Positions 56,164 through 64,000 of a stretch of 64,000 nt of DNA are shown here, one piece after another. The translations under genes and the position numbers were made by a program. The notes beneath the pieces were generated by a model. That model searched no databases and was not told the origin of the DNA. It saw only the letters and a program-made list of their open reading frames with translations. The stretch's first letter is position 1, and each line of letters begins with the position of its first letter. Location of the stretch: the NCBI GenBank assembly GCA_039822165.1, contig JBCBMS010000017.1, positions 59,713 through 123,712 of the forward strand, read 5' to 3'. Source of the DNA: Chloroflexota bacterium (lineage in GTDB: Bacteria > Chloroflexota > Anaerolineae > Aggregatilineales > Phototrophicaceae).

Positions 56164-56964
56164 TTATTTGCCGTATCTGCCTACATACGCCGGAGATTCC
56201 TGCATTTCTGAGCGCCAGAACTGTGGGTGCTGCGGGTTGGTAAAACGATCCAGGTCTGCGCCGTGCGACCAGTAAGACTTATCCGGGAGCTGGGTTTGCT
56301 CATTGAACTTGGCCTGCTCCAGTTTGGCATAGGCCAGGTCAACTTCGGAGAGCAACGCCCCGCGCAGGTCTGCCGCCACGAGGTCAGTTCCGCTCAGGTT
56401 GGCACCTGTCAGCACAGCACCGCTCAAATCCACGCCAGACATATCCGCGTTTTCCATGTTCGCGAAGAACAGGTGCGCCTTCTTCAAATTCGAGAAGTCC
56501 ATCCGCGCCTGGCGCATATCCACACGACCCAGACGCACATCTTCCAGGTTTGCTTCTTCCAAGTTGGCAGCCCGCAGCGTGCCGTCCTTCAGTGCGCCCA
56601 ATGCACGCAGTTCCTCAACGGCCTGGAGCGCCAGGCCGTTCTCTTTGCTGCCCATCTGGCGCAGCAGGCGCTGCTTTTCTTCCTCACGCTGGCGGCGCTG
56701 GTTGAGCGAGTCGATAATCAGCACAGTGATGGCCACGCTGCCGAACTCTGCACTGATATTGGCATAATAGTCCTGCCAGAAGTTCTGCCACGTGAAGCCA
56801 TCATGAACCTGCCAGTAACCGATCGCCCCCACACTCAGTGAGATAATCAGAAGCGCCAGACCAACATTGAATACCGTGAACACTTCCGAAAAAAAGCGAG
56901 ATGCCCGTGCGCGATAGACATCGAAGCGGGTTTCTGCGGATTTTTGAGACGTAATCTGTGGCAT
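56164..56964 (-). CDS. pentapeptide-repeat protein with N-terminal TM anchor
   Basis: Tandem A(D/N)LxX pentapeptides (ANLEEANLEDVRL...ADLRGALLSEVDL). Confidence 0.7.
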   Translation of the reverse strand: MPQITSQKSAETRFDVYRARASRFFSEVFTVFNVGLALLIISLSVGAIGYWQVHDGFTWQNFWQDYYANISAEFGSVAITVLIIDSLNQRRQREEEKQRLLRQMGSKENGLALQAVEELRALGALKDGTLRAANLEEANLEDVRLGRVDMRQARMDFSNLKKAHLFFANMENADMSGVDLSGAVLTGANLSGTDLVAADLRGALLSEVDLAYAKLEQAKFNEQTQLPDKSYWSHGADLDRFTNPQHPQFWRSEMQESPAYVGRYGK

Positions 56965-57083
56965 ATGGATATTCCCCTGAACATTTACCGGACTGTGATA
57001 GTGCAATGCTAGTCCCTTCCCACAGAATTGTCAAAGGTCACAACGGCTCACAACAGGGGCGTCACGGAAATCCAATGAAAACA

Positions 57084-57761
57084 TCACAGTTCCATAAACG
57101 TGATAATCAACTGCGCAGCTTCGGCGGCGGCTCTCGGCGTCCAGTGAACGCCATCGAAGGTATAGGCATAGCCATGCGTTTCCTGCTCACCATACCAGTC
57201 AGAAAAACCCGTGCGTTCACGGTCACCAATCTGCTGGATGAACCGTGTAGTGATGGGTTTGCGCTCCGGGATGGCATCCGGCACAAAATGCGCAAACAGA
57301 TCCAGGACCGGCACGTTATGCGCTTCGGCTTCTGCACGGGCCAGTGCGTTGAACTGCTTCATCGCGGCAGTGACGGTGGGGTTGGCCTCCATCGGTTCCA
57401 GCCCGATGAACGTGTGGATGTAGTGCCCCTGTAACCGGTTAATCACGTCGCGGTAGGCACTGCGGAAGTCATCCGGCGAGACGGTGCCCTCCGGAATTTG
57501 CATGGACTTGCGATAGTACGGGCGGCTATCCGGCTGGCTGTTACTCACGGCATCGTTGCCGCCCACCATAACGAACACGGCGTCGGGTTCATGGGCCAGC
57601 ACGTCATCCTCAAGGCGGCGGGCCAGGTTGATGACCGTGTTACCGCCCACCCCCGCGTTGATGATCTCGTGCCTGTCGCCCACACGCTGCCGGATCTCGC
57701 CAACATAGTCGCCACCATAGCCACCCCATGTGAGGCTGTCCCCGAAGAAAACGACTTTCAT
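57084..57761 (-). CDS. SGNH/GDSL hydrolase family protein
   Basis: MKVVFFGDSLTWGG (GDS(L) block I), GGND block, and a DGVHW-like block V. Confidence 0.75.
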   Translation of the reverse strand: MKVVFFGDSLTWGGYGGDYVGEIRQRVGDRHEIINAGVGGNTVINLARRLEDDVLAHEPDAVFVMVGGNDAVSNSQPDSRPYYRKSMQIPEGTVSPDDFRSAYRDVINRLQGHYIHTFIGLEPMEANPTVTAAMKQFNALARAEAEAHNVPVLDLFAHFVPDAIPERKPITTRFIQQIGDRERTGFSDWYGEQETHGYAYTFDGVHWTPRAAAEAAQLIITFMEL

Positions 57762-57841
57762 TAATGCGCTCCGTAATCTAAGATGATTCACAGTCATGAT
57801 TATATGCGTAACCTGTCCACGATACTGTAATGGTTCCAACG

Positions 57842-58705
57842 ATGAATATTGCAATTTTTGCCGACCTGCATGGGCGCATCCGCCTGTGCTTCAAATTGTG
57901 TGCCCGATGGGAAAGAGAAACTGGCGAAAAACTCGACCTTGTGTTGCAGGCCGGTGACTTTGGCGTGTACCCGCGCATGGGTGAGCTTGATCGGGCAACC
58001 ATTCAACATGCCCGCAAAGACCCGACCGAACTCGGTTTTTCAACAGATTTCGCAGAGTACCGGGAGGAAATTGCCACCGAACTGTCTGCCACACAGTTTC
58101 CGGTGGTGTTTGTGCGTGGCAACCACGAGGATCATGCGTGGCTGGATGCACTGGAACAACAGCATAGCACCCCCACGTTTCCTGTTGATGCCTATGGACG
58201 TATTCACTGCATGAAAACTGGCGAACTCTACACGTTCACGAGTGGCAGCGAAACAATCAATATCCTCGGAATCGGGCGGGTGGGGCCGCTGGTTGGCGAA
58301 ACCGACATTGAGCAACCGAAGCTCATTCAGGCATACGAACGGGAGCGTGTAAACCAGCTTGACACAGATCAGATTGACGTGCTGCTCACGCATGACACCG
58401 CTATTGATTTTGTGTCACCGGGCTACGGGATGGAGGAGATTCGGCTGGTGCTGGATGTATATAGACCACCGTACCACTTTCACGGTCACACCGAGGAACT
58501 ATACGTCGAACGCCCTGACACCAATGGTTTGACACGCTCCATCAAAATGAGTGATTGCAACTGGGATCGCAGCACACACGATATGCCGCTGTTGCAAGGA
58601 GTAATGGGCATACTCCGCTGGCAGGGCATGGCCCACCATGCATTTGAGGTGGTTGACGCAGGCTGGATGGACGAGTACAACGGACGCAACTGGCAAAATG
58701 TGTAG
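57842..58705 (+). CDS. metallophosphoesterase (calcineurin-like)
   Basis: IAIFADLHG, GDFG and GNHED motifs. Confidence 0.7.
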   Translation: MNIAIFADLHGRIRLCFKLCARWERETGEKLDLVLQAGDFGVYPRMGELDRATIQHARKDPTELGFSTDFAEYREEIATELSATQFPVVFVRGNHEDHAWLDALEQQHSTPTFPVDAYGRIHCMKTGELYTFTSGSETINILGIGRVGPLVGETDIEQPKLIQAYERERVNQLDTDQIDVLLTHDTAIDFVSPGYGMEEIRLVLDVYRPPYHFHGHTEELYVERPDTNGLTRSIKMSDCNWDRSTHDMPLLQGVMGILRWQGMAHHAFEVVDAGWMDEYNGRNWQNV

Positions 58706-58740
58706 CCGGATATAAAGTACCCGGCATGAAACACAACGGT

Positions 58741-59067
58741 CTAGATGAGGCCCAGAATATCAAAAATGCCGGTGTTCTTCGGCAGCACATGATCGACGCG
58801 GCAGGTTACCTCGTTAGCGTGGCCGGTCGCGATAATCACCCGAACGTTGGGCGAAACGCTCTCCACCGCGTGAACCAGTTCATCGGCAGAGCCGCCCACC
58901 AGTTTCCAGTCCGTGATAAGTACATCTGGCACCAGGCCACCTTTCAGCAGTTCAAATGCCTGTGTGATACTGGTTGCCTCATGAACGTGATAACCAAAAC
59001 CGGATAACCCGGCGGCATAGGTGGTGCGCAGCATGCGGTTGTGTTCAACCAGAAGAACAGTTGTCAT
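58741..59067 (-). CDS. single-domain response regulator (CheY-like receiver)
   Basis: MTTVLLVEHN...DVLITDWKL...VIIATGH. 108 aa. AGAGGG SD. Divergent from the kinase gene. Confidence 0.65.
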   Translation of the reverse strand: MTTVLLVEHNRMLRTTYAAGLSGFGYHVHEATSITQAFELLKGGLVPDVLITDWKLVGGSADELVHAVESVSPNVRVIIATGHANEVTCRVDHVLPKNTGIFDILGLI

Positions 59068-59259
59068 CTTAATACCCTCTACAAATAAGCTCCATGAATG
59101 ATGTCCCAACATCATACCGTGTAAACGACGTGATGTAATATAAAGAAATGCAAAAATGGGATCAAAAACGTAAAGCGCCAGATGATCGCGGGTTCGCCAA
59201 TCACGCGGTTTTCTGCCAGAATAGCGGTAGATTTCTGCACAGGACGGGATGGAGTACAC

Positions 59260-61584
59260 ATGGACTATGCACAGCTAGCAGGGCGCACACTCGGGCAGTA
59301 CGAACTGAAGTCACTCATCGGCAAAGGTGGCATGAGCGCGGTCTACCGGGCACATCAACCGAGCCTGAACCGCAACGTGGCCGTAAAAGTGCTGAGCAAA
59401 GACCTGGCCACAGACCCGACCTATGCCGTCCGCTTCGACAACGAAGCGAAAACGGTCGCCACACTGGAGCACAACAACATCATCCCGGTGTATGACTATG
59501 GACGCGAGGACGACCTGAGCTTCATTGTGATGCGCCTGCTGACGGGCGGCACCCTGGGTGAGCGGGTGGAGCGTCGTGTGGACACCGGTGCGCCGCTGCC
59601 GTCTTTCGGGGAGTGTGTCACGCTGCTGCGCGAGATGACGAAAGCCCTCAGTTATGCACATGGGCGCGGCGTCATCCACCGTGACATTAAGGCCAGCAAC
59701 GTCATGTTCGACGGACAGGGCGACCCTTACCTTGTGGACTTCGGTATTGCGCAGGTGATGAAAGCCAACCTGTCGCTGACAATGGACAATCAAACGATCG
59801 GCACGCCAACGTATATGGCACCCGAACAGTGGCGCGATGAAGATCTCACCCCCGCTACAGATCAATATGCGCTGGCGATCCTGATGTACTACATGCTCAC
59901 GTCACACCTGCCGTTTTATGGCACGAATTCACCGGCCCTGATGCAAAAGCACCTCAACGAAGAAATACCCGCCCCGCAGCGCTACCGGGCCGACATCCCG
60001 GAGGAGGCCGGAACAGTGCTGGCCCGTGGTATGGCGAAACAATCCGACGACCGCTTTGTGAACGTAACCGCCTTTACCGATTCGTTTGAGGTGGCATTTA
60101 AGGGGATGTCTGGTGAGAAAACCGGGTTCTTCACGTTCGCGCTGGGTAACCTGAGCCTGAAGACCGACCCGAACCTGCAAACCCCGACGGTCACAGAGGG
60201 CCGGGAAGACCCCGCCGCCTACAACGCGCCCACCGCAGACCTGCCGCCCATCTCCACAGAGGAACTCCCCCCGCCAGAGTCCTACATGCAGGGCGTGGGG
60301 AAGCCCACCGTGCAATCTATGCAGGCCGCAGCCCCACAGCCGCCACAACCTCAGCAGCCCGCCCCGGTGCCCGTAGCAAATCCTGTGCCTGCCTCACAAC
60401 CGCGCCCACAGCAGCAGGCATCTGCGCCACCACAGCAGTCGTCAGCGGGGCGCAGCCTCTTCACCGGCGTGGCAATCGGGCTGGCGATTGTTGCGGTCAT
60501 CGGGATCGTTCTCCTGTTCGCACTGAACGCATTGTTCGCGCCGGAACCCGCGCCTGTTCCAGTGCCGGCCACCTCTGCACAGAGCGCCGCCAGCGCCACG
60601 AATACCCGCCCATCGGGCAGCATCAGCATTGACCCGTCACCGGGCGCAACAGCCATTACACCTGTTCGCGGGGGTACATCGGTTGCCGCCGGGCCGGTGG
60701 ATGTAAGCGGGAGCGGGGTGCTGTACAACGGCTCTGCCAGTAATGTTGTCCGGGATGTGGATGTTTCACCGACAGGTGTGATTGCCTCCGCCCATGCAGA
60801 CGGTACGATTCGCATGTGGCTGAGTGGTACGTCCGGCTCTCCCACGGTGTTGAACCGCCACAGCGACGTGGTGAACGACATCGACATCAGCGGGGACGGC
60901 GGCACGCTCATCAGTGGCAGCAACGATAACGCCGTGCTGGTCTGGAACGGCCTCTCCGGCGAATATCGCGGGGCACTGCTGGGGCACACAGCGGCGGTAC
61001 GAGGCGTGGCCGTCAGTCCCGATGGTGCGCTGGCCGTCTCTGCGGCAGAAGACCGCACCGTGCGCCTGTGGGACGTGAACAGCGGGTCACAGGCCGCCAC
61101 CCTGCGCGAGGGCGACTCACGCTTCCTCGATGTAGACTTCAGTCCCGACGGGCATCTTGTCGCCGCCGGTGACGAAAGTGGCTTAATCTACCTGATTGAT
61201 GTGGAATCGCTTTCCACGCGGACGCTACGCGGCCATACAGAGTCCGTGCGCAGCCTGATGTTCAGTGCCGATGGCACGCGGCTGGTCAGCAGCAGCACAG
61301 ATAACACGATCCGGGTGTGGTCAGTTGCCAGCGGCTCGATCCAGGCGACACTGCGCGGCCACGACAACGATGTATGGCGCGTCGCCATCAGCCCCGATGG
61401 GCAAACCCTCGCCAGCGGTGGACGCGACAATAACCTCCGTCTGTGGAGCCTGGACGACAATGCCGAGTTCGCCTCATTTAACGACCATGCGGCGTGGGTA
61501 CTGGGTGTCGCGTTCAGTCCCGATGGGCGTGTGGTGGTCAGTGGCGGCGGAGATGGCACCATCCGCACATGGGAAATCGAATAG
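59260..61584 (+). CDS. Ser/Thr protein kinase with TM segment and C-terminal 7-bladed WD40 domain
   Basis: Hanks motifs (GKGGMSAVY, AVK, HRDIKASN, DFG, APE). Pro/Gln-rich linker. One TM helix. Repeated WD40 blades (...VRLWD, IRVWS, LRLWS, IRTWE). Confidence 0.85.
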   Translation: MDYAQLAGRTLGQYELKSLIGKGGMSAVYRAHQPSLNRNVAVKVLSKDLATDPTYAVRFDNEAKTVATLEHNNIIPVYDYGREDDLSFIVMRLLTGGTLGERVERRVDTGAPLPSFGECVTLLREMTKALSYAHGRGVIHRDIKASNVMFDGQGDPYLVDFGIAQVMKANLSLTMDNQTIGTPTYMAPEQWRDEDLTPATDQYALAILMYYMLTSHLPFYGTNSPALMQKHLNEEIPAPQRYRADIPEEAGTVLARGMAKQSDDRFVNVTAFTDSFEVAFKGMSGEKTGFFTFALGNLSLKTDPNLQTPTVTEGREDPAAYNAPTADLPPISTEELPPPESYMQGVGKPTVQSMQAAAPQPPQPQQPAPVPVANPVPASQPRPQQQASAPPQQSSAGRSLFTGVAIGLAIVAVIGIVLLFALNALFAPEPAPVPVPATSAQSAASATNTRPSGSISIDPSPGATAITPVRGGTSVAAGPVDVSGSGVLYNGSASNVVRDVDVSPTGVIASAHADGTIRMWLSGTSGSPTVLNRHSDVVNDIDISGDGGTLISGSNDNAVLVWNGLSGEYRGALLGHTAAVRGVAVSPDGALAVSAAEDRTVRLWDVNSGSQAATLREGDSRFLDVDFSPDGHLVAAGDESGLIYLIDVESLSTRTLRGHTESVRSLMFSADGTRLVSSSTDNTIRVWSVASGSIQATLRGHDNDVWRVAISPDGQTLASGGRDNNLRLWSLDDNAEFASFNDHAAWVLGVAFSPDGRVVVSGGGDGTIRTWEIE

Positions 61585-61590
61585 CGCACG

Positions 61591-61619
61591 GTAGGGGCGC
61601 AGCGGCGCTGCGCCCTTAC
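61591..61619. repeat. REP-like palindrome
   Basis: GTAGGGGCGCAGCGGCGCTGCGCCCTTAC. Between convergent genes. Confidence 0.7.
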
Positions 61620-61633
61620 TTGAGTCGTGTTGT

Positions 61634-62917
61634 TTAGCCCCGGCAGATGCGCCGCCCCGGTTCGTCAATCGGGCCGAACCCGGCGGGCAGGTCAACGTCA
61701 ACGTCACTTGGCTGGTCGAAGTGATTATAGAAGAAGTGATCTTCCAGAATCGTCTGGCCTTCGACTCCGCGTACAAAGCGCAGGAAGTCCTGTGCCAGTT
61801 GTTGCTGCTCATCGGAGATGTTCTCGCTGTCCAGTACATACATGAACAGTGGGCGCTGCAAATACGGCGGGTACTCATCCAGATCCACCTCGTCGCGCAG
61901 CGGGTTCTGGGATGCTTCGTCACCGCTGAGTACGGAAAGCACCTTGAGGTACTGCGGCGGCTGCGTACGCACCCACGATGTGCTGACCCAGTACAGGCTG
62001 CCGTTCGTCGTCAGTGTGCGATCCAGGCAGGAGCCGTTGGTATCGCACGTTTCATAATCCGCATCAGGCGGGAAGCGCGTCGCTCCCTGGCTATCGTAGT
62101 TCGCGAACTCACGCAGCAGCACGTCTGTGGTACCGCTGCCCTCGCGTACAAAAATCGTCACCGGGTAGTTAAATCCCGTGCTCAGCCGGTTCCAGTTGGT
62201 GATGTTACCCAGCAGCATCCCGTTCAGGTCACGGTCGGGCGCAATGCTGATCGGGTTGTTCACGTCCGTAACAAACACAATGATGTCGTAGCCAATCTCG
62301 GCGGCACACTGTAAATCCACACCGTTCTGGTCAAGCTCCAGGCGCTGCTCGCTCGTCATCGGCTCAGACATCGCCAGCACATGCGCACAACCGCCAGTTT
62401 CCGCCAGTTCGATGCCCGCCGTAGAACCAACCGGGTTGATGGTCACACGTACCTGGTTCTGCGCCTCGAACGCGGCTTCCCAGTCTGCGGCCATGCCCAG
62501 CCCCTCACCGAGGATGGTGTTACTGCCCACCACGCACAGTTCCGGGTAGAACCGGCTCTGGAAGCGATCCCACGTATCGATCGCGCCACCAAAGTCTGCT
62601 GCCGCACCGATGAGTGACCCGAGCAGCGTCCCCAGAAAAATAAAAACAGCCGAGTTTACTCGCACTGCCCGCTCAAATGTCGTTTGCTGCTCTTGATAGT
62701 CTTCTTCTGCGCTTTCAAGTTCTTGCTGCACGTGGCGCAGGTCTTCTTTTGCTTCTTCCAGCGTTTGCGGCTCCGGGTCAATCTCCTCCAGCTTCTCTAA
62801 ATAGACCCGCGCTGCTTTGTTATCTGGAATGCGGCGCAGCAGCACCCGTGCCCGGTCATACTGCCGCTCCTGGATGAGCGCTTTCGCCCGTTGCAAAATC
62901 TCGCGTTCGTCTGACAT
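61634..62917 (-). CDS. membrane-anchored PstS-like periplasmic-binding-fold protein with N-terminal cytoplasmic coiled-coil
   Basis: Roughly 100-aa helical cytoplasmic N-terminus. TM helix (AVFIFLGTLLGSLIGAAA). The rest is a PBP type II (phosphate-binding-like) domain. Confidence 0.55.
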   Translation of the reverse strand: MSDEREILQRAKALIQERQYDRARVLLRRIPDNKAARVYLEKLEEIDPEPQTLEEAKEDLRHVQQELESAEEDYQEQQTTFERAVRVNSAVFIFLGTLLGSLIGAAADFGGAIDTWDRFQSRFYPELCVVGSNTILGEGLGMAADWEAAFEAQNQVRVTINPVGSTAGIELAETGGCAHVLAMSEPMTSEQRLELDQNGVDLQCAAEIGYDIIVFVTDVNNPISIAPDRDLNGMLLGNITNWNRLSTGFNYPVTIFVREGSGTTDVLLREFANYDSQGATRFPPDADYETCDTNGSCLDRTLTTNGSLYWVSTSWVRTQPPQYLKVLSVLSGDEASQNPLRDEVDLDEYPPYLQRPLFMYVLDSENISDEQQQLAQDFLRFVRGVEGQTILEDHFFYNHFDQPSDVDVDLPAGFGPIDEPGRRICRG

Positions 62918-63020
62918 ATTTTCAATCCTCCGCTAAATAGCCCACATCTGTATTATAATTTCATCTTCCATCATGAAGCGTTATGGATTGCAAACTACCC
63001 CACTTTTGAGGGCTATTGTC

Positions 63021-63980
63021 ATGCAGGTTCTGGTATACACTCCACAGTTAAATGTCTCGCTCGTTAGAACGGTTCAAACCGTATTCAAATCGGCCACCCT
63101 CGCACAGCGGATGCCCCCACCAGATGAGCGGGCGCTGGTGTTCTGCCAGCAGCACGATTACCACACACTGGCTGCACTACTACCCGGCTATACCCATTTC
63201 CCCCGCGTCACGGAACTTGCCAGCACAGATGGCGATATAGTGCGCGTATGGCAGCGCACGCACACAGCCCACCGTTTCATCACGTTCCAGCCGCCCGCAC
63301 TCGTCGGCCTGCTGCCCACCGCACTGCTACCCGCCCCCATTGGTCTGCACACCTTCACACCGGACATTCCACAGATACCGGAGCGCGAATGTATAATGTT
63401 CACCGGCGCGCCAGAACAGATTGCGGCTCAATTTGTGGCAATGCTGATCGACGAGCGCATTTTCCACACGCCGCAGGAAGGTATCGCCACGCATGAAACT
63501 GCCCCGCTCACCGAACCGCCGACGCTCATGGAATCTCCCATTATTGTGGCCGGGGGCAGGGGCATTGCCTTTCCGCCAGATTACACAGGCACCTTCGCAC
63601 AGCGGGCACAGCGCGGCATGGACACGCTCATCTATCCACTGGCAGGGGCTATGGGTGGGGCAGTCGCCGCCTCCCGTGCGTTGATTGACAGTGCAGGGAT
63701 GGACACGGCACTCCAGGTCGGGCAGAGTGGCCGCGCCGTTTCCCCGGAGTTGTATGTGGCTGTGGGCATCAGTGGAGCCGTGCAGCACATGCAGGGGGTC
63801 GCCCATGCCCGTGTGATCTTCGCCGTCAACAAAGACCCGGACGCACCGATTTTCCGGGTGGCGCACTACGGCGCAGTGGGTGATGTGTACGACATCGTCC
63901 CGGCACTGGTTGCCGCCGCATGGAACCGTAACTACTCAGGTATAGCAGGGATGAAGGGAACACCAACAAAAGCCGAGTAA
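63021..63980 (+). CDS. etfA: electron transfer flavoprotein alpha subunit / FixB family
   Basis: C-terminal FAD-binding domain (IVAGGRG...YVAVGISGAVQHMQG...NKDPDAPIF). Confidence 0.8.
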   Translation: MQVLVYTPQLNVSLVRTVQTVFKSATLAQRMPPPDERALVFCQQHDYHTLAALLPGYTHFPRVTELASTDGDIVRVWQRTHTAHRFITFQPPALVGLLPTALLPAPIGLHTFTPDIPQIPERECIMFTGAPEQIAAQFVAMLIDERIFHTPQEGIATHETAPLTEPPTLMESPIIVAGGRGIAFPPDYTGTFAQRAQRGMDTLIYPLAGAMGGAVAASRALIDSAGMDTALQVGQSGRAVSPELYVAVGISGAVQHMQGVAHARVIFAVNKDPDAPIFRVAHYGAVGDVYDIVPALVAAAWNRNYSGIAGMKGTPTKAE

Positions 63981-64000
63981 GCAGCAAGCAACATGGAAAT

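Noticed and set aside
4405-61619. Could the recurring GTAGGGGC…GCCCCTAC elements be a CRISPR array?
   Set aside because: They are inverted (palindromic) rather than direct repeats. They are dispersed at irregular multi-kb intervals in intergenic gaps, with no regular spacer architecture and no cas genes. This is REP-like, not CRISPR.

Overview
This is a high-GC (~60%) bacterial chromosomal window. The gene content (RNase Y, MGDG-synthase-like GT28, Uma2 endonuclease, a Ser/Thr kinase–WD40 fusion, several GT-C glycosyltransferases) suggests a Chloroflexota-like organism, but that assignment is tentative. About 65 protein-coding genes are called; no rRNA, tRNA, CRISPR array, transposase or integrase was found. 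Housekeeping genes include recX, rny, rpoD/sigA, ilvE, trmD, mfd, gltA, pth and etfA, alongside many regulators (MerR, MarR, two TetR, a REC-HK hybrid, a stand-alone REC) and oxidoreductases.

The most notable content:

- **Candidate defence cassette in the met operon (47.6-49.4 kb):** a low-GC two-gene module, an ABC/SMC-type ATPase plus a Toprim-like (DUF4276-like) protein, sits precisely between metY and metX. It is a split OLD-family-like (PARIS/Gabija-like architecture) candidate.
- **Sulfur-carrier methionine cluster (45.4-53.3 kb):** JAMM protease – MetY – MetX – MoaD/ThiS-like carrier ending ...AGGR – DUF4395 membrane protein – membrane thioredoxin – MoeZ-like E1/rhodanese. This looks like protein-thiocarboxylate-dependent homocysteine/methionine biosynthesis, and it is preceded by a probable attenuator leader.
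- **REP-like palindrome family:** at least 14 copies of a GC-rich intergenic palindrome, GTAGGGGC…GCCCCTAC, with a second GGGGCTTGAT…ATCAAGCCCC subtype.
- **Other items:** a bacterial major-vault-protein shoulder-domain homolog; a CopC–CopD fusion whose 5' end carries a perfect 16-bp AT-rich palindrome; two further low-GC islets, one holding a PD-(D/E)XK-like gene that overlaps trmD; three GT-C (GT39/ArnT-like) glycosyltransferase paralogs; and a membrane-anchored PstS-like protein next to a Ser/Thr kinase–WD40 gene.
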